Made by a program: the position numbers and the translations under genes. A DNA stretch of 64,000 nucleotides from Podarcis tiliguerta (taxonomy: Eukaryota), in the NCBI GenBank assembly GCA_965153285.1, contig OZ229114.1; one strand, written 5' to 3'. Shown piece after piece: positions 1 to 13,964 of the stretch. Under the pieces are notes generated by a model. The model made no database searches. It saw nothing but the letters and a program-made list of their open reading frames with translations, and had not been told where the DNA came from. Within the stretch, counting starts at the first letter, position 1. Each line of letters starts with the position of its first letter.

Positions 1-2293
1 AACCAATGTCGATGACCTGGTTAATGGGGTAGAAGTGGAAGGATCATTAGGCGCAAGTGATCATGCTCTTCTGAAGTTTACTATACAACGGAAAGGAGCA
101 GCCAAGCATACTAGGACTCAATTTCTTGACTTTAAGAAAGCCGACTTCATAAAACTTAGGGAAGTGCTGGGTGAGATCCCATGGACAGTAATACTAAAAG
201 GAAAGGGAGTTCATGATGGCTGGGAGTTTGTTAAGAGGGAGATAGTAAAAGCACAACTTCAGGCAATACCAATGAGACGGAAACATGGAAGGTGCCTAAA
301 GAAGCCAGGGTGGCTATCTAAAGAACTTCTAACTGAGTTAAGATTAAAAAAGGATGTGTACAAAAAATGGAAAAGGGGGGAAACCACCAAAGAGGAATTC
401 AAACAAATAGCCAGCACGTGTAGACACAAAGTCAGAAAAGCTAAAGCACAGAATGAACTCAGGCTTGCTAGAGAGGTTAAAAGCAACAAAAAAGGCTTTT
501 ATGGGTATGTTCGTAGCAAAAGGAAGAACAACGAAACAGTGGGGTCACTCAGAGGAGAAGATGGTGAAATGCAAACAGGGGACACAGAAAGGGCTGAACT
601 CCTCAGTGCCTTCTTTGCCTCAGTCTTCTCCGATAAAGAAAACAATGCCCGACCTGAAGAATTTGGAGCAAATGATTCAGCAGAGAAAACACAGCCCAGA
701 ATAACTAAGGAGATAGTACAAGAATACTTGGCTAGTTTAGATGTATTCAAGTCTCCAGGGCCAGATGAACTGCATCCGAGAGTATTAAAAGAACTGGCAG
801 ATGTGATCTCAGAACCACTGGCAATCATCTTTGAGAATTCCTGGAGAACAGGCGAAGTCCCGGCAGACTGGAGGAGGGCAAATGTTGTCCCTATTTTCAA
901 AAAGGGGAAAAGAGAGGACCCAAATAATTACCGCCCAGTCAGTCTGACATCAGTACCAGGGAAGATTCTGGAGCAGATCATTAAGCAAACAATCTGTGAG
1001 CACCTAGAAAGGAATGCTGTGATCACCAATAGTCAGCATGGATTTCTGAAAAATAAGTCATGTCAGACGAACCTGATCTCATTTTTTGACAGAATTACAA
1101 GCCTTGTAGATGAAGGGAACGCAGTGGATGTAGTCTACCTTGATTTCAGCAAGGCATTTGACAAGGTGCCCCATGATATTCTTGTAAAGAAGCTGGTAAA
1201 ATGCGGTCTTGACTATGCTACCACTCAGTGGATTTGTAACTGGCTGACTGACCGGACCCAAAGGGTGCTCATCAATGGTTCCTCTTCATCCTGGAGAAGA
1301 GTGACTAGTGGGGTGCCACAGGGTTCTGTCTTGGGCCCGGTCTTATTCAACATCTTTATCAACGACTTGGATGATGGACTCAAGGGCATCCTGATCAAAT
1401 TTGCAGATGACACCAAACTGGGAGGGGTGGCTAACACCCCAGAGGACAGGATCACACTTCAAAACGACCTTGACAGATTAGAGAACTGGGCAAAAACAAA
1501 CAAGATGAATTTTAACAGGGAGAAATGTAAAGTATTGCACTTGGGCAAAAAAAATGAGAGGCACAAATACAAGATGGGTGACACCTGGCTTGAGAGCAGT
1601 ACATGTGAAAAGGATCTAGGAGTCTTGGTTGACCACAAACTTGATATGAGCCAACAGTGTGACGCGGCAGCTAAAAAAGCCAATGCAATTCTGGGCTGCA
1701 TCAATAGGAGTATAGCATCTAGATCAAGGGAAGTTATAGTGCCACTGTATTCTGCTCTGGACAGACCTCACCTGGAGTACTGTGTCCAGTTCTGGGCACC
1801 ACAGTTCAAGAAGGACACTGACAAACTGGAACGTGTCCAGAGGAGGGCAACCAAAATGGTCAAAGGCCTGGAAACGATGCCTTATGAGGAACGGCTAAGG
1901 GAGCTGGGCATGTTTAGCCTGGAGAAGAGGAGGTTAAGGGGTGATATGATAGCCATGTTCAAATATATAAAAGGATGTCACATAGAGGAGGGAGAAAGGT
2001 TGTTTTCTGCTGCTCCAGAGAAGCGGACACGGAGCAATGGATCCAAACTACAAGAAAGAAGATTCCACCTAAACATTAGGAAGAACTTCCTGACAGTAAG
2101 AGCTGTTCGACAGTGGAATTTGCTGCCAAGGAGTGTGGTGGAGTCTTCTTCTTTGGAGGTCTTTAAGCAGAGGCTTGACAACCATATGTCAGGAGTGCTC
2201 TGATGGTGTTTCCTGCTTGGCAGGGGGTTGGACTCGATGGCCCTTGTGGTCTCTTCCAACTCTATGATTCTATGATTCTATGATTCTATGATT
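1..2293 (+). mobile_element. CR1 LINE, 3' ~2.3 kb (continues beyond left window edge), young copy
   Basis: Uninterrupted ORF2, a short 3' UTR (2204-2260) and the diagnostic CR1 terminal octamer repeat (ATTCTATG)n at ~2261-2293. Confidence 0.97.
2..2203 (+). CDS. CR1 ORF2 (C-terminal end of APE endonuclease + reverse transcriptase), 5'-partial
   Basis: The frame is open from base 2 ([21 protein letters not shown]; SDH = APE terminal motif). RT motifs [40 protein letters not shown] and FADD are present, with the CR1 C-terminus RRLRGDMI...HLNIRKNF. Stop codon at 2201-2203. Confidence 0.95.
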   Translation, partial: TNVDDLVNGVEVEGSLGASDHALLKFTIQRKGAAKHTRTQFLDFKKADFIKLREVLGEIPWTVILKGKGVHDGWEFVKREIVKAQLQAIPMRRKHGRCLKKPGWLSKELLTELRLKKDVYKKWKRGETTKEEFKQIASTCRHKVRKAKAQNELRLAREVKSNKKGFYGYVRSKRKNNETVGSLRGEDGEMQTGDTERAELLSAFFASVFSDKENNARPEEFGANDSAEKTQPRITKEIVQEYLASLDVFKSPGPDELHPRVLKELADVISEPLAIIFENSWRTGEVPADWRRANVVPIFKKGKREDPNNYRPVSLTSVPGKILEQIIKQTICEHLERNAVITNSQHGFLKNKSCQTNLISFFDRITSLVDEGNAVDVVYLDFSKAFDKVPHDILVKKLVKCGLDYATTQWICNWLTDRTQRVLINGSSSSWRRVTSGVPQGSVLGPVLFNIFINDLDDGLKGILIKFADDTKLGGVANTPEDRITLQNDLDRLENWAKTNKMNFNREKCKVLHLGKKNERHKYKMGDTWLESSTCEKDLGVLVDHKLDMSQQCDAAAKKANAILGCINRSIASRSREVIVPLYSALDRPHLEYCVQFWAPQFKKDTDKLERVQRRATKMVKGLETMPYEERLRELGMFSLEKRRLRGDMIAMFKYIKGCHIEEGERLFSAAPEKRTRSNGSKLQERRFHLNIRKNFLTVRAVRQWNLLPRSVVESSSLEVFKQRLDNHMSGVL

Positions 2294-2426
2294 TATTTAT
2301 ATAGCTCCATCCATATTTAGAGAACAAGAGGCCAGCTCCTGGCCCAGAGGATTTACTATCTATAATTTTACACAGGGGAAACTACAGAGTAAGGCAAGAA
2401 CTGCTCCCCGCACCCCGTTAAACATA

Positions 2427-2641
2427 CAGTGGTACCTTGGGTTACAGACGCTTCAGGTTACAGACTCCACTAACCCAGAAATAGTACCTCGGGTTAAGAA
2501 CTTTACCTCAGGTTGAGAACAGAAATCGAATGGCGGCGGCAGGAGGCCCCATTAGCTAAAGTGGTACCTCAGGTTAAGAACAGTTTCAGGTTAAGAACAG
2601 ACCTCCAGAACGAATTAAGTTCTTAACCTGAGGTACCACTG
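2427..2641 (+). mobile_element. Tc1/mariner (Tigger/pogo-type) non-autonomous MITE
   Basis: TIRs CAGTGGTACCT..GGTT / AACC..AGGTACCACTG, flanked by TA on both sides. Same family as 11885, 14422 and 16455. Confidence 0.92.
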
Positions 2642-2665
2642 TACTTACATTTGGTTTCAGTAGAC

Positions 2666-3175
2666 TGTTGTCTGGGACTGGCTGGACACTAAGGAGTGGG
2701 GGCTGGATACTGATGAGTGGGAACTGGAAGAAGTGGGATTGGAGACAGACTTGGAAGAAAGGATCAGAGGTCTGGTGGAGCCTGTAACAGCCAGGAGATG
2801 AGACTTGAGAAGTTGCAGGATTGAAGAACAGGTGCAAGAGGAGGGAGAGATAGGTCAGGCTGGTGGTGAATCAAGGGCTTCCACACCTCCTCCTTCTCCT
2901 GCCCCAATCTTTCCTGCTCCACTGTCTCCCAGGACCAAGCAAGAATTGAAGAGGGAGTAGCACAAGCAGGTTACAAGCAAACACAGTCTTTGCCTGCTTG
3001 CATGGATAAGATACATAAGCTGAGGGTGGGGTGGGGTGGGGTGGGTCCTCTTTGTTGCTGCAACTGCCCCATCAGATAGCTGAGAGACATAGGACTCTCA
3101 GGTTTTCCTAACCTGTAAGTGTATTTCTGACAACAAAGAGTCTGCCCCATACTGGAGAGCAAGAATTATCTGATA
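2666..3175 (+). mobile_element. Probable degenerate solo LTR (Gypsy-like)
   Basis: Starts with TG. A purine-rich body is followed by a CTCCTCCTTCTCCTG pyrimidine tract and ends ...TCTGATA (~TGACA). This layout resembles squamate Gypsy LTRs as I recall them. No TSD confirmed. Confidence 0.45.
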
Positions 3176-6100
3176 AGATAGGAAAATGTAGATGAAAAAA
3201 GAAGCCTCAGGAGTTAAGACTGCTCACTAGATGTTTGGGGATCAACCTTCTTCCTGCTGCAAATACCACAGACCCTCTAGTTTACATTTCAACCACCTAA
3301 GAGCTTTTTCTTTTTTCTTTTTAGAGAACAGCAAGACAGACTGCTTTTCTTGTAAACTGACCAAATAGGCAGAAGATGTGGGGAAAGGATGGATTTTCTC
3401 ATCAAGATGTCTCTCTGTGGTGTTGCTTTTTTATCATATTGCAAAGGTTTCAGAAGAGAAAATCATTTGGATGAAGTCACTGGGAGAACCAGTGAAGAAA
3501 TAATTCTGCACATTTGGTTCTCCTGAAACAAGAGTTTGGCAATGTAATTCACAAGTCACCTTGCTTCTTGCAAGAATGGTAGCCTGTGTAATTTGTGCAA
3601 TTAGTCCGTTATGTCCCCTGATTAATCATGCTGCTCTAAGGTTATCATTTTGAATTCCTACAGCATATCAAACTTTTTTTTTTTTACCCAACTAAAACAT
3701 ACCTTGATGCAGTATAGACATAGCGTTTTTCAGAAGTGTAAATAATCTGTGTTTAGGTTTAGTGACAGATGAGAAGCATATCAGTTACAAGTGGGCCTCC
3801 CATACCATATTGGGGGGAGCTTTAGTGGACAGAAGCACTGACTTGCTATTATATTGCTTTAATAAAAAACCTAGTTCGAAACTTCATATTTATTCACACT
3901 TCTGTAAAACAGGCCATAATAAATCGCTTAATGACAGCTGTGATTTGTCATCAGAAAAAAAGAATGAGTTCAATATTCATTAATATGCGGTAGGTTACTA
4001 AGAGATAATCACATCCCTAGGCCCTACTGTCTAGAAAAGTTGAATGTCTCCTATTTTCCCATCAATATATGTGCAAAATAGTCACACAGCTCTTTTAATA
4101 TTTCTTTAAAATGTTTACTTTGATCAATGGCAAGTGTTGGTTGTAGGACTACAAATCAGAAGTGACATTTGCAAAAGTCTGTCTAGCTTATGACATATCG
4201 GACAACAATAAACATGATGTGTCAGTCTGATCTGCTTTATATTTAACACTACCAAAAAATATTTGCTCAGAGATAGCCAGTGCAACCTGCTTTATCCTTT
4301 GTTAATAAATCAGTTCTATGCCTACTACAAACCACTACAGTGTGAGGTATAATAATACTCCAACACAGAAAATATAACTCAAGTTATAGCTTTAGAGGAT
4401 TTTCAAACCCCAAAGAAGAGCTAACAATGGCAATCTTCCCTGTGATATTACTTTGTTATACAGATTTTGTTTTGACTTCTATATTAATAATTAAGGGATT
4501 CAAATGGAAAAATAAGATGGGGTTTGTTAGTTTGTTACTAGGTTATATATTCTTTTGTTTTTATATATTTTGTGTTTTTATATATACTAAACTGCCCTGT
4601 AATCCTCAAATGAAAAGTGGTATAGAAATTTAATAAATAAAGAAATAAAATCCCAAGTTTCCTTTTCTTAAAAAGAGAGGTGATTCTTCGTTAGTACTCT
4701 CCTAAGGAGAACCCTGCAGATGGCTCAGTGGATATACACATACTCTCATTTATAGCACAAAGTTGTGGTTTTCCTCAATCTAGAATCATTCATGCTCATC
4801 ATGTTGCTTTCAGTCTAGATTGATTTTAGATCCTGCTGTATACATGGGTGGTTTTGGTTATGAGATACACATGCAAAAGCCCTCCCTTTGATTTGGGTAC
4901 CCTTGCTTTTGTTCCCTGCATATCCCAGGTGAATGAAGAAGAAAGAGGTGATTGCGTTCTTGGTATATCCACCCACAACATCACTGTGCAGGTGTGGACA
5001 CACACACCATTGCCAAGACCACCTACATCTGTTTTTCATTGGACACACTGCTGTGTAATGTAGAATCAATCTGCAATGAGCTTTCCCCCACCTCGCCCCA
5101 GAATGAAACTAGTTTCTCAATAACTCTTTTGTAATGATAAAAAATATTCGATGTATCTAGACTGTGTGTAGACTACATAGAAAAAACATATACTCCGTTT
5201 CCATTGGTTCTAGAAATGTCAGGTGACACAGCCAATTAGCCACCCAAAATCTATACCTTCATCTGCTAAAAAAAAAGGCACCTCACATCTATTTTGGCTG
5301 TATTCTGCCCAGGAATCATAACCATCCCTCTGCATTGTGTCTTTGCAATGACACACTCAAATACAAACTTAAATAATTGCTCTGATTCAAGTGGCAACAA
5401 CACAGACACTTAGAGGAGTGATTCACTTGAGGGGACCTCAAGATGTAAAAGTGACCAACAGAAACTACCAACTTTTCATAATAGTATGGTAATCATGCTA
5501 TACTACCTGCCTACCTCAACTGGTGGTTAGGGAAGGTGGGAATGGGGGCTTTATGTGTTCTGTTCCTGTTGGTCTCAGAACAACTCCACAGACTGCAAGA
5601 CATCAGGCAGCGTTCACTTGAAACTAAGCCATGCAAGGCCCTTCTTGCATGCTTTCCCTTTTCCATAGGCTTAAGCTATGCTGCAAAGCTCCACAATGTC
5701 TCACATTGAAAAATTAGATTTTCCTCAATCAACAGGTGAATTGATGCCAATTTAAGAATAACAGTTGTAAGCAAATGCAAATACAGAAGCGAGTCGGGAA
5801 ATACACAATTCCCAGAGAGACTGTCATAAGTTTGAGACATATTATTACAGTAACAATTACTGTTGCTGTTGTTATTATTATTTGACTAATCAGCCATGCA
5901 TAGTTAGCACTATGTTATCCAGTTCCCATTTGACTGATCATAATCATGTTCAAATTGGATAAAGTAGTTCAACACCATCAGCCATTAGGCTAATGGCAAT
6001 TGGCAGCCTCAAAGTTCCCACCACCACCACCCATAAACTCCATTTCCAAAACACATTTTCTTTATTACTGATCAAGCGTTTATGAAGCTGAGAACCTCAT

Positions 6101-6944
6101 TACATCAGAATCCCTGATATCTATCTTTCCCCTCATCACAAATAGTTGGATGTGGGAGATGTTTTAGGAAGTTAACAGCAAATGCTAAATGCTGGGTAGG
6201 TAAGATATTAGCAGTTTCTTAGCTAATTAAAAGTCCTCCCGGACCCAGCTGTGCTCCTGGATGCTTTGTTTATGACTATGGCCAGTCATAAACTGCAACC
6301 CAGCCAGATGTGTGGGGTATAAATTGTAAAATTATTATGGTGCACCATAACATCATATTTAAGTGTATAAAAGGGACTATGCATTAGTGACTGGGAAACC
6401 AGAATGGGGTAGGATATTTATTTCAGTGTATGTTTGGACTCGCTAGCTGTGTTTTCTCCACTGTTTTCTATTATAGCAGCTGCAACAAATGTAAACAACT
6501 AATTAGAGCTCTTTACTAAGCAAAACACTCTCTTCTGGACAAAATAGATTGACAAGATTTCAAGCAGCATGGAACTGAGCATCAGCAATATATTTCTGTT
6601 CTTTTAATAAAAGGTCAGTCTCATTCCGGGGATGGGCTGCAAAGCAAGTGCTCTGAATCACCACCAGGGACCAATTTCTGTTTGCCAAAGGTGATGAGTT
6701 GGCATGTAACGACAACAAGCCGAAGGGCCATTTGCTCTACAGTACAATGCTTGGCATTTGAGCATTTTGGTCCTTTCATCACTTAAACCACAGTTAAGAG
6801 TTCTATATGGTAATCCATGCTACGCTGATGTGGTAAACCATATCAGGGATTACTGGGAGCCACTAGGCGAATCGGGGGAAGGGCGCTGTCATAGGATTTT
6901 TGTTCATAAAGAGCACATTTGGGCTCTATGACTTCCTGTGGGAC

Positions 6945-7072
6945 AGTCCTGCAACCTTCTGGATTTTGCTGGATCCCAACTCCCGTCATCCCAGACCATT
7001 GGACATGTTAACTGGGCTGATGGGAGTTGGAATCCAACAACATCTGGGAGGGCCAGAGATTCCCCATTCCTG
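6945..7072. mobile_element. Degenerate palindromic hAT-type MITE
   Basis: Internal inverted repeat GGATCCCAACTCCC...GGGAGTTGGAATCC and an ACATCTGG motif shared with the intact copies at 55623 and 63650. Confidence 0.6.
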
Positions 7073-8014
7073 ATTTACATCTGGCCTTTCATCCATCATG
7101 GAACTCAAGGCAGAATCTCCCATCAAGGCACTGACCAGATGCAAAACTGCTTTGTTTTAGCCAGTACCTTACCTCAAATGCTGAAACATCATATTGAGCT
7201 TGTTCTCATGACAAACCAGATTTCCTATTCACCATTAATGTACATTGAAATCAGACTAACTTTGCTCATGAACACAGTCTAAAAACAATCGTCCTTCAGT
7301 TTATTGTGACTTATCTAGTCCACTGCTGAACCACAGTCAGTGCTTAGAACTTCCCTAACCTCACATGAGATTGATGAAAAATGAGATACAACGTTGAGTT
7401 TTATCTCCATGGTGATTTCATCTCACTTCAATATTATTCATTCAGTGGTTTCTTGTGCATATTAAAGAAGAAGGGATACACGATGGAACCCTTAGGTATC
7501 ATGAATATCACAGAAATTAGCAATAGTCTCCCAGTGTACTGCCATAATACAGTGTCCCTCCTCCTGTTTCCAGACAGCTGATCTGGAATGATGTTAGAAC
7601 CAAAGCTTTCAAAAGCCGCAGAGAATTCCAGGACAATTCGTAGAACTGAACTTCTGTTTTTCTCCCAACATAGGTTGTCTCCCATCTATCAGGTGACCAA
7701 GACCGTCTCTTTGCAAGAGCCAGGCCTGAAATCAAACAAGATCATTTAGTTTTGTCTAAAACATATGGAAATATGCCTTGCCCAGGAAAGAAATATTAGC
7801 AACTGGCCAACAGATGTTATAATATATGGATCCAAGAGTGATGCCTTCTTCAGAAGCAGCTGCATAGCTCAAGATAGCCAAGACTACTGTCTCTTGAAGG
7901 CATTCACCATTCAATTTCATCCTTACGTGCTTCAAAACAAGCCACAATATTTATTTTCCATTGATCCAAGTTGGAGCACACATAAAAACTCCATGAGAAA
8001 CTCACAAGAGCTTT

Positions 8015-8250
8015 CAGACAGAGGGCCTTCTCGGTAGTGGCACCTGCCCTGTGGAGTGCCCTCCTACCAGATGTCAAAGAGAACAACAACAACTACCAGA
8101 CTTTTAGAAGACATCTGAAGGCAGCCCTGTTTAGGGAAGCTTTTAATGTTCGATGCATTACTGTATTTTAATATTTTGTTGAAAGCCGCCCAGAGTGGCT
8201 GGGGAAGCCCAGCCAGATGGGTGGGGTATAAATAAACTATTATTATTATT
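8015..8250 (+). mobile_element. L2 LINE 3' fragment
   Basis: Near-identical to the 3' end of the L2 at ~10780-11020 (AGAGGGCCTTCTCGGT...GAAGCCCAGCCAGATGGG), with a (TTA)n tail. Confidence 0.9.
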
Positions 8251-9157
8251 AAAATTCCATTAGCTCCTGAAGATGGATCATTATAATAGCTGCCCCACTT
8301 GCAAAAAAAGGTATCTCTTGCTAGTCTTAACTCCAATAGGAAATGAAGGTGACAAGGGATTACAAAAAAAGAAGAGAAGTCCTACAAGCAGGGGTTCCAT
8401 TTTTCTATCTAGGTGAGAAAAGCAAGCAAGAGCACAACTTGACTTGCTATGTGTACCAGGTTGGTAACATGTTGGGCAGATCTAGTGGTTGTCTTCAAGG
8501 GAAGTCCAAAGCTCTTCCTTATCATTAGAGGAGTATGCTCCAGGTCATTGCTTGGATTCGGCGTTGCTCACAAGAAATTACGTCAGGAAAATGTCAGATA
8601 AATCTCACATATGCAAAGCGTATAGGATTTGTGTTACATTTCATTCAACCGTGATGCAATTTCACAAAATTTTGAGCAGGCTTTGAGAAGCAGGATATAT
8701 ATCAGCTAGACAGTTTCAAGACAGGCAGAGATTAAAGACTGACTCTGGGCAAAGATAACATCGATTTGTAAACAGCTTTCTAACAAGTGAAGATGGCTCC
8801 TTTTCATGCAACACACTTTGCAGACATATGTATGATCTATCAGCAAGTAACCAAGATTTGTATTCTCAAACCACACTCTGTAGAGACAAAGATAAATCAT
8901 AGCAACCAGCATTTAAAAGATCTAAAGGATTTATTGACCACTCACATAGTATGGCTATCATGAATGGATGACTCAAACAGAAGTCAGCTACAATAGTCCC
9001 AAGTATGAGCAATAAGTCAAACCACTTAAGAAAAAAAATGAAATTGTAACTTTATCTGAGGCATGTCGCCCCAATTTTTAATATCAAATCCCAAAATACT
9101 CCATTTGTTTGAAGTCAACAATGTGTGGGCCAAATCTCCTTTATTTACTATACCATA

Positions 9158-9383
9158 GAGTCATATCTTGGGTTACAGACGCTTCAGGTTGTGCGTTTTC
9201 AGGTTGTGCACCGCGCCGAACCCAGAAGAACTGGAATGGGTTACTTCTGGGTTTCAGCACTCACACATGCGCAGAAACACCAAATTGCGATCTGCACGCA
9301 GACGCAGCACTGCGGGTTGCGAACAATGCGGGTTGTGAACATGCCTCCCGCATGGATCACGTTCACAACTCAAGCGTCTACTG
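9158..9383 (+). mobile_element. Tigger/mariner-type MITE, related subfamily
   Basis: Shares TTGGGTTACAGACGCTTCAGGTT with the 2427 family. Right end CAACTCAAGCGTCTACTG-TA; left TIR degenerate. Confidence 0.75.
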
Positions 9384-10315
9384 TACATGAGTCGGGCAAT
9401 TCATTACACTTGAGTGATATTTCCATGAACAGAATTTTTGCAGCTAATTAAAACACTTTGCTGTTTACTGCTAATGTTTTGATTTTACAGCAAATGGCCA
9501 TTTTCTATCTATATAATAAACACCATGCCAAATTTTCCTTGCCAAATATCAGTACAATATAGTTAGCGATATGTGCATTTGGCACGACTATTAATCAAAC
9601 TACGAGACAGAAAGGCATGCTGCTTTTCAATTGAAGCCTAGCTGGATTCGGTTAGTGCAAACACTACTGCAGTATAATTTGGAACATTTACAGAGGGTAG
9701 AGTTCATCTGACAGTTCCTTAAAAAGAATGGCTACTCCAAATACTTAGTATTTGACCCATTTCTTGTTTACAGTATAATTTTCAACAATTGAGTCAACAA
9801 CTACTATCCCAGTCCCTTAAATGGGGAGGAGTCATAGGTTAGACATGTGCCTTAAGGCCCATGGTTCATCCAGAAGGATCTCAAATAGCCGATCTCGACT
9901 GGGGGATAAAATGCTACCTGAGATATTTGGAGAGGCACTGCTGGTCAGGATTTTTTTTTTTTTTAAGGCATACATTTATCAATTCAAAGCAGAATTCTGT
10001 ATAATTAATCAGTCAGTGATGGTAAATCCGTAGAACAAATGTGGTACAGTGATTTGCTACAATGGCTAGTGTGGTTTGGATGGAGAGATCTTAAAAGTTA
10101 ATTAGGAGGATTGAAGTAAGTTGGGGCCAGATCTCTCACAAAGTTGTCATATTTAAAAAATAAACCCTTACTAATTTGCCACTAGAGTCTAAAACTTTAA
10201 AGCATTATGAAAACATCGGTTCCAAAGAATTCTGAGTGCAATTTTTTTGTTCAATACCACCCGTATTGATAAAATGAAAAAAAAAAAAGACTTATAAACA
10301 TCCTCTGAATCTGAA

Positions 10316-11022
10316 ATAACTGTGCCCCTGAAGGACCAGATGTGCAGCCTGGGAGTCATTTTGGACTCACAGCTGTCCATGGAGGCACAGGTTAAATCCG
10401 TGTCCAGGGCAGCTGTGTACCAGCTCCATCTGGTACGAAGGCTGAGACCCTATCTGCCTGCGGACTGCCTCGCCAGAGTGGTGCTACCTTTGAAGGTGAC
10501 CCGGAAACTACAACTAATCCAGAATGCAGCAGCCAGACTGGTGACTGGGAGCGGCCGCCGAGACCACATAACACCGGTCTTGAAAGACCTACATTGGCTC
10601 CCAGTACGTTTCCGAGCACAATTCAAAGTGTTGGTGCTGACCTTTAAAGCCCTAAACGGCCTTGGTCCAGTATACCTGAAGGAGCGTCTCCACCCCCATC
10701 GTTCTACCCGGACGCTGAGGTCCAGCACCTAGGGCCTTCTGGTGGTTCCCTCACTGCGAGAAGCCAAGTTACAGGGAACCAGGCAGAGGGCCTTCTCGGT
10801 ACTGGCGCCCCCCCTGTGGAACGCCCTCCCACCAGATGTCAAAGAGAACAACAACTACCAGACTTTTAGAAGACATTTGAAGGCAGCCCTGTTTAGGGAA
10901 GCTTTTAATGTTTGATGTATCACAGTATTTTCGTATTCTTTTGGAAGCTGCCCAGAGTGGCTGGGGAAGCCCAGCCAGATGGGCGGGGTATAAATAATAA
11001 ATTATTATTATATTATTATTAT
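10316..11022 (+). mobile_element. L2 LINE 3' fragment with internal deletion
   Basis: ORF 10322-10732 encodes the L2 RT C-terminus (SLGVILDSQLSM, LQLIQNAAARL, HITPVLKDLHWLPV, FKVLVLTFKALNGLGP). It lacks the SRLDYCN block present in the L2 at 35.9-37.2 kb. (TTA)n tail. Confidence 0.92.
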
Positions 11023-11884
11023 CATCTAAACTTATTTCTGATCTGCAGATATGTACATCCCTGTACCTGGTAGCAAATGAGGAAAAAATAATAGTGCAGT
11101 AGTCCTGAAATCTACTTAAACCCATCCAAGCTTTTACATTTTCTCTGCTAGTTTGTTGCCTCATTGGACCTTACTTCCTCTTCTTGATTCTTGCTACTGT
11201 GTTTATTGCAGTAAGTTAGTACCAATGATGGCAGGATCCTTTGATTATGTGCAATGTGCTATGAGGCAATTCTTAGAGACGTCCTGGCTGTAGGGCAAAA
11301 GGTCTATAAATCAAAGCCACTTTCGAAATGCAACTCAAAAGATTTATTGTCCATTTGTCAGAATTCAAATGCATTGCTTCCTACTAGTGCCACATACAAT
11401 TCAGTTGTCAGGGCCAACCCTGGCTATTTTACTGGCATGAGCAAAAAGACAGTCCCTACAACATTGTAGAAAATCATATTACCTTCCAGACATATTTATA
11501 TATTTCCAACTTTCATCAGTCTTTCCAATATACCACCTCTCCTTTCCATTTCAAAGGGAGCATCACCAGCCCCAGGTAGAATGATCAGTGGTCAGGGATT
11601 ATGAGATTGTAATCTAAAAAATCTGGAGGGCACCACGTTGGCTACCCATGTGCTACACAAATATAATCTTCTTTTCAATCTGTAACACACCTTAGTTCAG
11701 ATACAAGTTTTTAATGCTGCCTGGTGCAATCAGCACACGCCTCCCCACCCCCGCTATGTCAAAGTCTACAGTTCCCCAAAATGGCAAAATTATTCTGGCA
11801 CTTGAGACAGAAAAGCCCACAAGTGCCTTTCCCCAGCAGTAATAATACAATAATAAATAATGGGGGGGGGGTGCTGTATCTTTA

Positions 11885-12110
11885 CAGTGGTACCTCAGGT
11901 TACAGATGCTTTAGGTTACAGACTCCACTAACCCAGAAATAGTACCTTGGGTTAATATCTTTGCTTCAGGATGAGAACAGAAATCATGAGCTGGCGGTGT
12001 GGCGGCAGTGGGAGACCCCATTAGCTAAAGTGGTATCTCAGGTTAAGAACAGTTTCAGGTTAAGAGTGCACCTCCAGAACGAATTAAGTTCTTAACCCGA
12101 GGTACCACTG
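11885..12110 (+). mobile_element. Tigger/mariner-type MITE
   Basis: TA-CAGTGGTACCTC...GAGGTACCACTG-TA; same internal sequence as 2427-2641. Confidence 0.92.
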
Positions 12111-13629
12111 TACATACAAAATTGTTTGCTTAAGGCAACATCTACACTCTGCATAGTGGTAGGGCTGCCTAAAAAGTAAAAAGAAAAAACCAGGCCTAAC
12201 AGTGGAGCTCTCTATAGCATGTAGCCCTCCCAACCTGGCCTTGCTTCAGCACCATATATAAGCTTGGCTGTAGACATTTTGTTGTGTCTCTCTTACCATT
12301 CAAAGTACAGAAGCTGACCACATTGGTACTTGAATCTTACTTCAAACGATTGTAGATACCGAGACAGAGATTAATGTAATAATATTGCACTGGCCAGGAG
12401 AACCTGATTTGCTGAACTAGCTAGCAGGGAATCTTGAAATCTACGTAATAAAGGACCACTGATGCATCCACCCTCAAATCTATCCAAGTGAGTTGCTTGA
12501 AGGTTGAGCTACAGCTCTTGTAGAAGTTTAGATATGCTGATCACATTTTGACAATAGTGGCATCTAGGCAGAAGTCTACAAACCAGGTACTGTATATCCA
12601 GTTAACATGGAAAGTACTTCCTATAGACAACTCCAACCACAAACTTTCATGCAAACACATATATTAGTTTCGTTTCTGCAAACACATTCCTTTCATGCAA
12701 ACACATACATTGTTCCTTCAGTGAGAATATGGCATAACCCCTGTGAGCAGGCACATTTTTCTACTGGGCAGGCAAGCAACAAAATCATCATTTTTTTGCA
12801 AAATATCAAATACAGCTAAGCTACTATCAAGTACAAAGCATAGCCTTATCCTCTTTAAACCCATTCACTGTAGATCTCATTTAAAGCCTTTCTGGGGGGA
12901 AATGCCTTTGAACAATAGTTACTCTCAGCTCAACAAGTATTCTTTGCAAGCCATTGACAAAGAGCTGTCAACCATAACCTGACAGGCAATTCACTAGGAC
13001 TAATAGCTCTCACAAAACTGTGCAAGTTCCCACTTGCTTTAATAATTGTTGACACCCCTTGACAAGGGTATGCTAGTGACAAGAACAATTCTCTCTGTAT
13101 GGACACAGTTTACATCCAGATCAGCAGTCCCTTGCAATTCTTTGCATCAAAAGGCAAATAGCTATTTTTTACCCACATTGTATATTTGAACTAGAAGTAC
13201 TATAACTACTGGGCACAATAGACAGCAATCAAATACATGGCCCAGCAGTATTTATATGACCAATACATCATTCTTTTAAAATATGGTGCAAAAAGCCACA
13301 AGTATGGTATTAAATGCTTAAAACAAAATACAATGGACCCTGTCATGAATAGTCCTTCACTGAGTATGCTGTGAGCTCTGGGTCAATGTATTTGCTTTTA
13401 CAAAAGAATAAAAGGAATACTGCAACATTTTAACAATCAAGAATTTAAACTAGACCATTTTTAGACTGTGCTGTTGTTTACTTAAATGTTTTCTGGCTGT
13501 GTTTCAAGGAAGCGTCCAGAATAAATACAACCAAATACATCAAAACTGTTATTAAAGATAACAAAACAACTTCAACAACAGACAAAAAAAGGACAACAGA
13601 ATCTATTGCCCTACACAAGCTGTTTCTAT

Positions 13630-13964
13630 AGGACAGAGATGCCAGAGTCAGGGGCGTGACCTGCAGGTAATGATTATTTTGACTAGAAGAGATGAGTGGA
13701 AGCCTGCCAGTCCTGGGTGACAGGAGAAAGACTGAACTATGACTTTGGAGGTCTGGGAGGCTCATATTCTTGGAGAGGGCTATGCCCCACTTTGTCAAAC
13801 AGATGTGGCTCCACCACAAGCACATCTGGATGCCTGGGTGCAGAAGAGAACTTCCACATCTCCTCTCTCTGCACCCAATCCAGCAAATCACTGTTGGGGG
13901 GACTCAGTGCCCTCACAGCAGGAACTGCAACCATCACTATTGATGCACGCAACAGCTGTATGAC
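13630..13964 (-). mobile_element. Possible LTR fragment
   Basis: GC-richer island in AT-rich DNA whose minus strand begins TGTCA (+ strand ...TGACA at ~13964). No coding homology recognised; left boundary approximate. Confidence 0.3.

Noticed and set aside
259-2259. Multiple minus-strand and alternate-frame ORFs over the CR1
   Set aside because: Antisense or frame shadows of CR1 ORF2.
7517-7723. Minus-strand acceptor TTTCAG followed by an open frame (GLALAKRRSW...)
   Set aside because: No clear donor and no recognisable protein similarity.
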